37,267 bases of DNA, taken from contig JBDRVN010000012.1 in the NCBI GenBank assembly GCA_039801885.1, positions 1 to 37,267 on the forward strand, given 5' to 3'. Within the stretch, counting starts at the first letter, position 1, and each line of letters begins with the position of its first letter. The position numbers and the translations under genes were made by a program. This DNA is from a candidate division WOR-3 bacterium (GTDB taxonomy: Bacteria; Hydrothermota; Tepidihabitantia; Tepidihabitantales; DTDR01). Below, in pieces: positions 8,874-18,288 of the stretch. The notes beneath the pieces were generated by a model, which did no database searches, had not been told where the DNA came from, and saw nothing but the letters and a program-made list of their open reading frames with translations.

Positions 8874-10505
8874 ATGTATCCTGATTATATGAAAGAATCA
8901 ATAAAAAAAGTTGGAAGTAGCCGGAAAAGAAGGATTGAAGAGATTTTCCCTAAATTAAAGGCTGAAGAAAAACAAGAACTTTTAAAAAATTACCATCCGG
9001 ATTATAAACCTGGAACAATAAGAGAAATTAAAGTTGGAGTAAATAAGGGAGCCTTGGTAGTTAATGAAATTGCTGACATTTTGGAAAGTTATTCTTATTT
9101 AAATCCGGAGAGTTTTAGATTGGAGAATATTGATTATGAGGTAGATGTTTTAATTATCGGTGGCGGCGGAGCTGGAGTAGCGGCAGCAATATCGGCTTAT
9201 GAATATACCAAGAATATTCTTTTAGTAACAAAGCTAAGGGTGGGGGATGCTAATACCATTATGGCTCAAGGAGGAATTCAAGCCGCAGACAAAGAAAGCG
9301 ATTCACCAACTATTCATTATTTGGATGTAATGGGAGGTGGCGGATATAAAAATATTTCTACTTTAGTTTATGCTTTGGTTATCGATGGTCCAAAGATTAT
9401 TAAATGGTTAGAAGATATGGGTGTGATGTTCGATAAAAAAGAAGATGGTAGTATGATTACTATTCATGGTGGAGGTACTTCTCGCAAAAGAATGCATACC
9501 TGTAAGGATTATACCGGAATGGAAATAATGCGGGTAATTAGAGATGAATTTTTTAATAAGAAAATTAATTATTTAGAATACACTTGTGCAATTGAGTTGT
9601 TAACCGATGAAGATGGAAGATGTTGTGGTGCTGTTTTGTTAAATTTAGAAAATGGCAAAATAATTATCGTTAAAAGTAAAGTAACGATTTTAGCAACAGG
9701 TGGTGCAGGTAGATTACATATTCAAGGTTTCCCTACTTCTAATCATTATGGAGCCACAGCAGATGGTTTAGTATTGGCTTATCGAGCAGGAGCAAAGTTT
9801 ATTTATCTTGATACTATTCAATATCATCCCACTGGTGTGGCTTTTCCGGAACAAATGTTGGGACAACTAATTACTGAGAAAGTTAGAAGTTTAGGAGCTC
9901 AATTAGTAAATTGTGATGGTGAGCAGTTTATCTATCCATTAGAGACAAGAGATGCGGTTGCTTCAGCGATAATTAGAGAATGTTTAAAAGAAAAAGGTAT
10001 AAGAACACCCAGCGGTTATTATGGAGTTTGGTTAGATACCCCTTTAATTGAAATTTTAAAAGGCGAAGGAACAATTGAGAAAGAATTGCCTGCAATGTTT
10101 CGTCAATTTTTAAGATTTGGGATTGATATGAGAAAAGAGCCGGTTTTAACCTATCCAACGCAACATTACCAAAATGGCGGAATTTTAATTAATGAAAATT
10201 GTGAGACAAATGTTTCAGGACTATTAGTTTGTGGTGAGGTGAGTGGTGGAGTTCACGGAAGAAACCGTTTGATGGGAAATTCTTTGTTAGATATATTGGT
10301 ATTTGGTAGACGAGCAGGAAAGAGAGCAGGCGAACTTTTAAAAGAATTGCCGCCGATTAAGAAATTAACTTTAAATCACTTAATTAATTATCATAAGGAA
10401 TTGAAGAAAATTGGTGCAGATGAAAGGAGAAAGTCGCCAAAAATTTTGCCTGATTATCGTAAAGAAGAGTTTCAACAAAAATTTCCCTTTTTGATAAACC
10501 TATAA
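8874..10505 (+). CDS. SdhA/FrdA-family flavoprotein (fumarate reductase-like)
   Basis: GGGGAG FAD motif, AQGG, LATGG, QYHPT, ITEKVR, TRD, HYQNGG, HGRNRLMGNSL. Confidence 0.9.
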   Translation: MYPDYMKESIKKVGSSRKRRIEEIFPKLKAEEKQELLKNYHPDYKPGTIREIKVGVNKGALVVNEIADILESYSYLNPESFRLENIDYEVDVLIIGGGGAGVAAAISAYEYTKNILLVTKLRVGDANTIMAQGGIQAADKESDSPTIHYLDVMGGGGYKNISTLVYALVIDGPKIIKWLEDMGVMFDKKEDGSMITIHGGGTSRKRMHTCKDYTGMEIMRVIRDEFFNKKINYLEYTCAIELLTDEDGRCCGAVLLNLENGKIIIVKSKVTILATGGAGRLHIQGFPTSNHYGATADGLVLAYRAGAKFIYLDTIQYHPTGVAFPEQMLGQLITEKVRSLGAQLVNCDGEQFIYPLETRDAVASAIIRECLKEKGIRTPSGYYGVWLDTPLIEILKGEGTIEKELPAMFRQFLRFGIDMRKEPVLTYPTQHYQNGGILINENCETNVSGLLVCGEVSGGVHGRNRLMGNSLLDILVFGRRAGKRAGELLKELPPIKKLTLNHLINYHKELKKIGADERRKSPKILPDYRKEEFQQKFPFLINL

Positions 10506-11650
10506 AAGTAAAAGTAAAACCAGAAGATTTTTTTGTTAAAGAGATAGCAAATCTACCTTTTAAAGAAAAGGGAGAATATGCGGTTTATTTGTTAGAGAAA
10601 AAAAATTTTAATACTTTAGATGTTATTTATATTTTGCAAAAAAGATATAAATTTGATAAAATTTATCGTTTAGGTTTAAAAGACCGCTATTCTTATGCTT
10701 TTCAATATTTAGCTTCTAAAAGAATAAGGAAAGAGATTATAAAAGAAAAGGATTTCTCCCTAAGTTTGATTGGTTTTTTAGAAAGACCTTTAAGAAATGA
10801 AGACCTATTAGGAAATTACTTTCAAATTACTATTAGAGATTTAAAAAAAGAAGAAGGGGAGAAGGTTATTAACAATTTTGAAAAGGTTGGTATTGATGGT
10901 TTGCCAAATTTTTATGATGAGCAAAGAATGGGCAGCGCCCGACATAAAGAAGGTTTTATTGCTTACTATTTAATAAAAAGAAATTATGAAAAGGCTTTAA
11001 AACTTTTCTTAGCGACTCCTTCTGTTTTTGATGAAAGTAAGGTTAAAAAATTAAAGAAATTTTTAAAGGAAAATTGGGGAAAATGGGAAGAAGCAAAGAT
11101 GTTTGCAGTTCGTGAATACTTACCAGTGATTAATTATTTAATACATAATAAAACAGATTATAAAGAAGCAGTTAAAAGGATTCCTTTTGAACTTTTGAAT
11201 ATTTTTATCAATGCCTATCAAGCATATATTTGGAATGAAACTTTGAATTTATATTTTAAAAAATTAGAAATTCCTTTTTCTCCGGTGAAATATCGTTTTG
11301 GTGAATTATATTTTTATAAAAGCCTACCTTTTTCTTTAAAAGAAAAATTATTCAATCTTTTTATTCCGGCACCTTCTTCAAAAATAAAAGAGAAAAACGA
11401 AATTACTGAGATTATGGAAGAAGTTTTAAAAAGAGAGAGCCTTTCCCTAAAAGAATTCAAAATAAAATTGAAAATGCGGGGTCTTTATTTCAAACCTTAT
11501 TTAAGAAAAGCTATCATTTTGCCAACAGAAATGAAGATTAGTGATTTATTAGCTGACGAATTATATAAAGGAAAATATAAAATTACTTTATACTATTTTT
11601 TACCAGCCGGATCTTATGCTACAATTCTTATAAAAAGATTAACGATTTAA
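10502..11650 (+). CDS. truD: tRNA pseudouridine(13) synthase TruD (start inferred at ATA 10502)
   Basis: In-frame upstream extension KVKVKPEDFFVKE, catalytic GLKD, GNYFQITIRD, PNFYDEQRMG, AYQAYIWN, LPAGSYAT. Confidence 0.9.
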   Translation: MKVKVKPEDFFVKEIANLPFKEKGEYAVYLLEKKNFNTLDVIYILQKRYKFDKIYRLGLKDRYSYAFQYLASKRIRKEIIKEKDFSLSLIGFLERPLRNEDLLGNYFQITIRDLKKEEGEKVINNFEKVGIDGLPNFYDEQRMGSARHKEGFIAYYLIKRNYEKALKLFLATPSVFDESKVKKLKKFLKENWGKWEEAKMFAVREYLPVINYLIHNKTDYKEAVKRIPFELLNIFINAYQAYIWNETLNLYFKKLEIPFSPVKYRFGELYFYKSLPFSLKEKLFNLFIPAPSSKIKEKNEITEIMEEVLKRESLSLKEFKIKLKMRGLYFKPYLRKAIILPTEMKISDLLADELYKGKYKITLYYFLPAGSYATILIKRLTI

Positions 11651-12123
11651 ATTTCTAAAATAGCAGCTTGGTTTTCTTCAATATTAAGAAGAGCAATTGT
11701 GGCTTTTTCCGTCAAAAGGCCACAGGCTTCGCCGGGATTAATGAAAAATATATTTTCTTCTTTTTTAATTTCGTATTTATGGGTGTGTCCGTAAATAACA
11801 TAATCTACATTTTTAATTTCTTCTTTTTTCAATTTATGGAAAATGAGGAAATTTTTATTACCAAAAGATATTTTAAAGGGTGCTTCGGAAAGGATAAAAT
11901 TATTTTCTTTTGCTACTTTTAATAAACCCTCTTTTTCGCCATCACAGTTGCCAAAAACTCCGTAAAACTTAGTTTTTAGATTAACAAATTCTTTTAAGGT
12001 GAAAGGAGCAATAAAATCTCCGCAATGGATCACACAAACCAAATCATATTGGTTAAAAATTTCTATTGCTTTTTTCACTTTTTCTATATGGTCGTGGGTG
12101 TCAGAAATAATTCCCAAAAGCAT
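11647..12123 (-). CDS. Metallophosphoesterase, YfcE/MJ0936 family
   Basis: ISDTHD, HCGD, GNCD, YGHTH, INPGE. Confidence 0.93.
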   Translation of the reverse strand: MLLGIISDTHDHIEKVKKAIEIFNQYDLVCVIHCGDFIAPFTLKEFVNLKTKFYGVFGNCDGEKEGLLKVAKENNFILSEAPFKISFGNKNFLIFHKLKKEEIKNVDYVIYGHTHKYEIKKEENIFFINPGEACGLLTEKATIALLNIEENQAAILEI

Positions 12124-13523
12124 TATTCATATTCAAAGGATAAAACTTTTATTTTTATATTACCCACAATATTTAAAACTTTAACCTGTTCTTCCACATC
12201 ACCAACTTTTAAAATTAAATGAACCGGAGAAGCCGGAAATTCACCAAAAGTAGGATCGCAAGAAATCCATTCATTTAGATAAACTTGGTTCCAGGCGTGA
12301 TAATAAAAACTATTACCAGCATATACTAAACCAACAACCACCCTTGTAGGTATTCCTAACGTCCGACAAAAAGCAGTATACAAAGTAGCATGTTCATTAC
12401 AATCACCTTCCAGATTTTTTAGAATCTCAATTGCCGAAGGATAAGAGGTAGTTGCTTTCTTTTTAAGATTTCGGAAAACCCAAATCAAAATTTTTTCAGC
12501 AATTGCTTGGTTGTCAGAGAGATTGCCAATAATTTCTAATGCTTTCTTTTTAATTAGCGGGTGATCAGATTGAATAGTCGGAGTAGATTTAAGATAAATT
12601 TTTTCTTTTTCCGAAATTTTAAGCTGGTTGGTTTCAATTAGTTTAGGTTTGGTAATTTCAATTATTAATGGTTTTTTACTTACAACTTTTTGATTAGGTA
12701 AATCAAGGTCTAGATAATCAAAAGAATCTATTCCTTGAATTTCCAATTTTAAAGATTTAAGTTTTGCTGGTTCAGGCAAAAAAGTATCTATTGTAATAGA
12801 AAAGAAAGAAAGAATATCTAAAAAATCTTTATTCCACTCAGCCATTGCTTTTTGAGGGGATTCTTTAATGCCAATAATTCCGCCAGCAGAAACTTCTTTC
12901 AATAAGTTTCCTAAGGAATCTAAATAATAAAAAGATTTAACCTTCGCCATCGTAATCTCATAAACCAATGTTTCATAAATAGTATCATTTATAATCATGG
13001 TTTCCTTGTTTTGAAAATGTATTTCTGCTGGTAAAATTGAAAAAAGAGTAAAATCTAAAAGATTGCCTTTCCAATTTTTTAAACCTTGGGAAGCAAGTAA
13101 ATAAGGTAATATCCCTATCGGATAAGTATTTGGAGGCAAAATTAAGTAATTTTTACTAACTTCGGAACCGGTTTGAAGAGTATAGTAAAGAGTATCTCTT
13201 TTAACTTTGCCGTTTATCTTTAAAATATTTTTGCCAGAAATTTGTTCGGATTCAAAGTTTTTTAATTTTAATTTAAAATCGGTAATAAGAAAAGTATTTG
13301 CCATAACTTCTTTTAATTCATTTCCTACCTTTAATCTTAATTTAATTCGATTATAAAATTTGATCGAAGAATCGCTAATATTAATTTTTGATAAAGAATA
13401 ACCAATTTTTGTTTGATTTAAATAATAGCTTAACCAATTTTCGACATTTTTAGAAACCGAAATTTTTTTTTGGCAGCTTATTAATAATACTAAAAAAAAT
13501 AAAAATTTTATATCTTTTAACAT
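12123..13523 (-). CDS. Transglutaminase-like domain lipoprotein
   Basis: Lipobox LLISC; Cys-His-Asp triad motifs GDCNEHA, YHAWNQVY, DPTFG. Confidence 0.85.
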   Translation of the reverse strand: MLKDIKFLFFLVLLISCQKKISVSKNVENWLSYYLNQTKIGYSLSKINISDSSIKFYNRIKLRLKVGNELKEVMANTFLITDFKLKLKNFESEQISGKNILKINGKVKRDTLYYTLQTGSEVSKNYLILPPNTYPIGILPYLLASQGLKNWKGNLLDFTLFSILPAEIHFQNKETMIINDTIYETLVYEITMAKVKSFYYLDSLGNLLKEVSAGGIIGIKESPQKAMAEWNKDFLDILSFFSITIDTFLPEPAKLKSLKLEIQGIDSFDYLDLDLPNQKVVSKKPLIIEITKPKLIETNQLKISEKEKIYLKSTPTIQSDHPLIKKKALEIIGNLSDNQAIAEKILIWVFRNLKKKATTSYPSAIEILKNLEGDCNEHATLYTAFCRTLGIPTRVVVGLVYAGNSFYYHAWNQVYLNEWISCDPTFGEFPASPVHLILKVGDVEEQVKVLNIVGNIKIKVLSFEYE

Positions 13524-13555
13524 AAATTTAGTGTTATAATTTTGTGTCCGAAAAT

Positions 13556-14671
13556 TTATGAACGATGTCTTCGGCCACCGTATTCAATTAATTCTCTTAG
13601 CGCTTTAGGATCAAAGGCATTTTGCATTGCTGTTTCGTAAGTAATCTTTCCTATTTTGTAAAGTTCAGCAAGATAGGCATCAAAAGTAATACTTCCTTCA
13701 GCCGAAGCCGTTTGCATTGCCGAGGGGAGATGTTCAATTTTTTTCTCCCGGATTAAATTTCTTACCGCCGGTGTCGCCATCATTATTTCAAAACAAGCGA
13801 TTCTCCCCTTTCCTTCGGCTCTTAAAAGTAATCTTTGAGAAAATACGGCTAATAAAGAGATTGAAAACTGTATTCTAATCTGGTCACGAATTTCTGGTGG
13901 GAAGATATCAATAAAACGAGTCACTGTCTCGGTAGCATTGGTGGTGTGCAAAGTTCCGATTACTAAATGTCCTGATTCGGCAGCCCAAACCGTCGCTTCA
14001 GCAGTAGCTAGGTCTCTGATTTCGCCAACAAGAATAACATTAGGATTAGAACGTAGTCCTTTCATTATCGCTTCTCGGAAAGAAGACACATCAACTCCTA
14101 CTTCTCTTTGGGTAATAATTCCTGCTTTATGATCATGGATAAATTCAATAGGGTCTTCGATTGTTAAAACATGTCTTGGTGAATTAAGAATATAATCAAT
14201 AAAACAGGCTTGCGTTGTTGATTTTCCAGAGCCTGTGGGTCCAGTTACTAATATTAAACCATGGGGTCTATCTAATAATGCTTTAATTTTAGGAATAAGG
14301 TGAGGAAGAAAACCAATTTCTTCAAAACTCATAATATGTTTAGGAATTAAACGAAGAGCGAGACCAAAGAAGCCTTTTTGTTTATAAATAGCTACTCTAA
14401 ATCTTCCGTGTTCGCCAAAATCTAAGCCAAAATCTCCTCCACCGCCATCATTAATTTGTGCCCTTAAATGTTTAGCATGTTGGGCAGCAATATCTTTAAA
14501 TTTTTCAGTCATTTCTGGAGTTAGGGTTGGTTCTCCTTCTACAGGATAAAGTTTACCGTCGATTCTTAAAGTGGGTGGACGTCCCACAGTTAAATGAATA
14601 TCTGAAGCTTTTTTCCGGACACATTCCATTAATAATCTATTAAAATATTCTTCTACATTTTCTACCTTCAT
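13556..14671 (-). CDS. pilT: PilT/PilU-family ATPase, second paralog
   Basis: ASDIHL, RIDG, GRFR, GPTGSGKST, TIEDPIE, VGEIRD, GHLVIGTLH, AVRNLIRE. Confidence 0.93.
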   Translation of the reverse strand: MKVENVEEYFNRLLMECVRKKASDIHLTVGRPPTLRIDGKLYPVEGEPTLTPEMTEKFKDIAAQHAKHLRAQINDGGGGDFGLDFGEHGRFRVAIYKQKGFFGLALRLIPKHIMSFEEIGFLPHLIPKIKALLDRPHGLILVTGPTGSGKSTTQACFIDYILNSPRHVLTIEDPIEFIHDHKAGIITQREVGVDVSSFREAIMKGLRSNPNVILVGEIRDLATAEATVWAAESGHLVIGTLHTTNATETVTRFIDIFPPEIRDQIRIQFSISLLAVFSQRLLLRAEGKGRIACFEIMMATPAVRNLIREKKIEHLPSAMQTASAEGSITFDAYLAELYKIGKITYETAMQNAFDPKALRELIEYGGRRHRS

Positions 14672-14753
14672 AATTATTTATACTAAATATTTTTTTTAAT
14701 TACTTACTCTTAATTATAACTTAAAAATTTTAATAAGTCAATAATTAATTTCT

Positions 14754-15062
14754 TTATTTATAAAGAACAAAGATTTTTATATCTTTTACTACTTTTAAAC
14801 CTATCTTTTCATTAATTTTGTTGATTAATTCATCTTTAAAATAATTCAGTTCTGTTTTCCATTCAGCGGAAGGAACTTTAAGATAAAGAATTTGTTTCTC
14901 TAAATCGACGGGTTGTATCTGGTAGGGGAAATTTTCGCCAACAATCTCTTTCCATTTAAAGATTACTTCTTTTTCAGCTAATTTATCCCAAAGTCCTAAT
15001 TTTTTAATAATTTCGGGCAAAAATTCTTTCAAAGAAGTTAATTTTTCGACCTTTTTTCTCAT
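14754..15062 (-). CDS. dciA: DUF721/DciA family protein
   Basis: WKEIVGE...[15 protein letters not shown]...LINKIN...VKDIKI pattern; about 100 aa; ATGA overlap with the rpoD stop. Confidence 0.8.
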   Translation of the reverse strand: MRKKVEKLTSLKEFLPEIIKKLGLWDKLAEKEVIFKWKEIVGENFPYQIQPVDLEKQILYLKVPSAEWKTELNYFKDELINKINEKIGLKVVKDIKIFVLYK

Positions 15063-16648
15063 TTTTCTAATAATTCTTTTAAAAAAGAAAATTCTTTTAG
15101 AATGGCAGGGTGGCGAAGCTTTTTTAAAGCTTTTGCTTCAATTTGTCTTACTCTCTCTCGGGTTATATTAAAAATTTGCCCAACTTCCTCTAAAGTTTTT
15201 TGAATACCATCACCGATTCCAAAGCGAAGTTTTAAAATTTTTTCTTCCCTTTTCGACAGATAGGTTTGTAATACTTTTTCTAATTTTTCATTTAACAAAG
15301 AAATTCCGGCTTTTCTTGCCGGTGAGGTTGTTTTTTCATCAGCCATAAAATCACCAATAAAACCAGATTCTTCATCATCTATAGGTTTATCCAAAGAAAC
15401 ACCATGCTGAACAATTTTTTGATATCTTTCAATTTTTTCCTTACTTATTCCTAATCGTTGAGCAATTTCACTAATTGTTGGTTCTCGGCCAAAGTTTTGT
15501 AAAAATTTTTGGCGGGCATGGGTAATTTTATTAATTGCATCTTGAATATGGGATGGGATTCTTACTGTTTTTGACTGTTCAGCAAGCGCTCTTGTAATTG
15601 CCTGCTTTATCCACCAAGTAGCATAGGTAGAAAATTTGTAACCCTTTTTATAATTAAACTTTTCTACTGCTTTTATTAAACCCACATTTCCTTCTTCTAC
15701 CAAATCAGAGAATTCCAATCCACGATTAGCATATTTTTTAGCAATTGAAACAACTAAACGCACATTGCCATTTATCATTTTATCTCTAGCAAATAGAATT
15801 TTATTTTGATACTTTTCTATATTTTTCCATGTTTCTTCTGCTTTTTCATAATTTTGGCCAAAAAAAATTTCGTATTCTTTTAACTTTTCTTTTAAGTTTT
15901 TAATTTCATTTTTATCTTTTGTATTTTTTATCTGATTTAGGATTTTTTTTGTTTCAACTATTTTAATATAAAAATCTTTAGCAAATTCATTAATAACAGA
16001 ATGTTGTAAACTTAAATTTTGGATTCTTCGGAAAATACTTTTCTTTTTTTCTTCAATTTTCTTTAAAACAACGGGTGTTGGTTTTTTCTCTAAAAGTTCT
16101 TTAAGCATAGTGGTTAATTTTTTTAAAGTCTTCACACGACGAATAAACAGTTGTTTCTTGTGAGACATAGCCCGGCGGTTAATTAGATATTCATATTCTA
16201 CCCGGACAATTTGGTCTAAATCTTTTTCTCCTTTTTCTACTAACTCACAGAGTTCAATTAATTTTTCAATAAGCGGTATGCTGTTAAAAAGGTAAGAGGT
16301 AATTTCGCGATAACCTTCCTCCATTATTTTAGAATATTTTATTTCTTCTTCCTTAGTTAAAAGAGGTAACCTTGCCAAATCACGAAAATAAAATTTGGTA
16401 GCACTTTCAAAGGGTTCTACAGGTACTTTTTTGGGCTTCCTTAAAATAATTTCTGTTGGTTCTTCTTCAACAATTTCAATTCCCATTTTATTAAGATTTA
16501 ATAAAATCTCTTCTACTTCTTCAGCAGTATTTAGTTCTTCAGGCAGAAGCGTGTTCAATTGGTCATAGGTTAATTTTTTATCCTTATATTTTAAAACTTC
16601 ATTATAAAATTTTTCCAAAATAGTTTTTTTATTTTTATTGTTGCTCAT
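15059..16648 (-). CDS. rpoD: Primary sigma factor RpoD
   Basis: Region 1.1/1.2 (PLLTKEEE), [30 protein letters not shown], region 4 TRERVRQIE. Confidence 0.97.
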   Translation of the reverse strand: MSNNKNKKTILEKFYNEVLKYKDKKLTYDQLNTLLPEELNTAEEVEEILLNLNKMGIEIVEEEPTEIILRKPKKVPVEPFESATKFYFRDLARLPLLTKEEEIKYSKIMEEGYREITSYLFNSIPLIEKLIELCELVEKGEKDLDQIVRVEYEYLINRRAMSHKKQLFIRRVKTLKKLTTMLKELLEKKPTPVVLKKIEEKKKSIFRRIQNLSLQHSVINEFAKDFYIKIVETKKILNQIKNTKDKNEIKNLKEKLKEYEIFFGQNYEKAEETWKNIEKYQNKILFARDKMINGNVRLVVSIAKKYANRGLEFSDLVEEGNVGLIKAVEKFNYKKGYKFSTYATWWIKQAITRALAEQSKTVRIPSHIQDAINKITHARQKFLQNFGREPTISEIAQRLGISKEKIERYQKIVQHGVSLDKPIDDEESGFIGDFMADEKTTSPARKAGISLLNEKLEKVLQTYLSKREEKILKLRFGIGDGIQKTLEEVGQIFNITRERVRQIEAKALKKLRHPAILKEFSFLKELLEK

Positions 16649-18288
16649 TTTCCTCCCCTAATTAAATTTTTTTTAATTTCATAAATTTTTGCTAAAATTT
16701 TTTCATCCACTTCTCCAGAAAGTTGTTTATTATAATAATATTCATATAAATATCTGTTTAATAATCGTTTGAAATCTTCTTCTTTCATATTACTAATTAA
16801 TACTTTAGGCAAAAAAGATAGTAAAGCACATTTCTTTTTAAGTTCTTCACTTTTAATTTCTTCTAATATCAACCCAATATTTATCTTTTCTTTATCTTTA
16901 AAATCTTTGATTATTTCTATTAATTCTTTTATCTCCCCTGAAAAGATTTCTAATGGATATTCTTCAATAGCGGAAAAATATTTTGGATAGGTTAATAAAA
17001 CATTGATTATTTGGTCTTCTAATCTCTTTATTTCCACATTAAAAATAAAAATATTCTTCTCTCTTAAAAGGTTCAAAACTTGTTCTTTATTAAAATGAAA
17101 AACTTCACTTATCTTATTTAAATATAGCTCTTTTAAAGGTAAATCGCAAGTAAAATTTATAATTTCCAAAAGTTGTTTTAAAATCTTTCTTTTTTCAGAA
17201 ATTGTTTTGGGATCAGAAATTTTTAGATAAAAATCAATGAAGTCGTAAGAACGGTCAATAATTTTTTTAAGTTCTTCCATTCCTTTTTTGTTTACATATT
17301 CATCAGGGTCGTAACCATCGGGAAGCAAAGTAATTAATGGGTTTATTCCAACTTTTAGGGTGATTTCAATTGCCCTTTTTGTTGCTTCTTTTCCAGCATC
17401 GTCACCATCAAATAAAATTATTATTTCTTCGCTATATTTTTTTAATAATCTTGCTTGGTCAATTGTGAAACCAGTGCCTAAGGGTGCGACTAAATTTTTA
17501 ATTCCCTTATCAAAAAGAGAAAGTAAATCAAAGTAGCCTTCTACCAAGATTGGTTTGTTTTTTGTTAGAAATTGGCTTGTTTGATAAAGACCGTAGAGGT
17601 TTTCTCCTTTTTTAAAGATTACTGTCTCTGGTGAGTTAAGATATTTCGGTTCGGTTTCATCTAATACCCTCCCACCAAAACCTATAACCTTCCCACGGCG
17701 GTTAAAAATTGGGAAAATAATACGATTAAAAAACCATTCCCGAATTTCTTCTTTTTTAGAAGCTAAACCGCTTTCAATTAACGACTCCTCGGAATAACCT
17801 CTTTTTTTAAGCTTTTTAATTAAAAGGTTTCCACCGGGAGCGTAACCCAATTGAAATTCTTTTATTGTCGTTAATGATAATTTTCTTTTTTCGGTTAAAT
17901 AATTTAAAACTTGTGAATGAATAAAAAGTTGTTCCTGATAAAAATCACTTGCAAATTTAATAATTTCATAGATTTCTTGGTTTTTTTTCTCTACTTTCTC
18001 TTCGGTGAAACTTATTCCTAATTTTTCTGCTAAGAATTTTACTGCTTCAGGAAATCCCATTTTTTCATATTTCATTATAAAATGGATAACATTGCCACTT
18101 TCTTTACAACCAAAACAATGAAACAGTTGCTGTGAAGGGTTAACATAAAAAGAAGGTTTAGTATCACGATGAAAAGGGCATAAGGCTCGGTAATAATTAC
18201 CAACTTTTTTTAAAGGAAGATAAGAATTGATTAACTCTACAATATCGCAATTTTCTAAAATTTTTTCAATAATCTCTCTTTTCACCAT
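16645..18288 (-). CDS. dnaG: DNA primase
   Basis: Zn finger CPFH...[38 protein letters not shown]. Confidence 0.97.
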   Translation of the reverse strand: MVKREIIEKILENCDIVELINSYLPLKKVGNYYRALCPFHRDTKPSFYVNPSQQLFHCFGCKESGNVIHFIMKYEKMGFPEAVKFLAEKLGISFTEEKVEKKNQEIYEIIKFASDFYQEQLFIHSQVLNYLTEKRKLSLTTIKEFQLGYAPGGNLLIKKLKKRGYSEESLIESGLASKKEEIREWFFNRIIFPIFNRRGKVIGFGGRVLDETEPKYLNSPETVIFKKGENLYGLYQTSQFLTKNKPILVEGYFDLLSLFDKGIKNLVAPLGTGFTIDQARLLKKYSEEIIILFDGDDAGKEATKRAIEITLKVGINPLITLLPDGYDPDEYVNKKGMEELKKIIDRSYDFIDFYLKISDPKTISEKRKILKQLLEIINFTCDLPLKELYLNKISEVFHFNKEQVLNLLREKNIFIFNVEIKRLEDQIINVLLTYPKYFSAIEEYPLEIFSGEIKELIEIIKDFKDKEKINIGLILEEIKSEELKKKCALLSFLPKVLISNMKEEDFKRLLNRYLYEYYYNKQLSGEVDEKILAKIYEIKKNLIRGGK

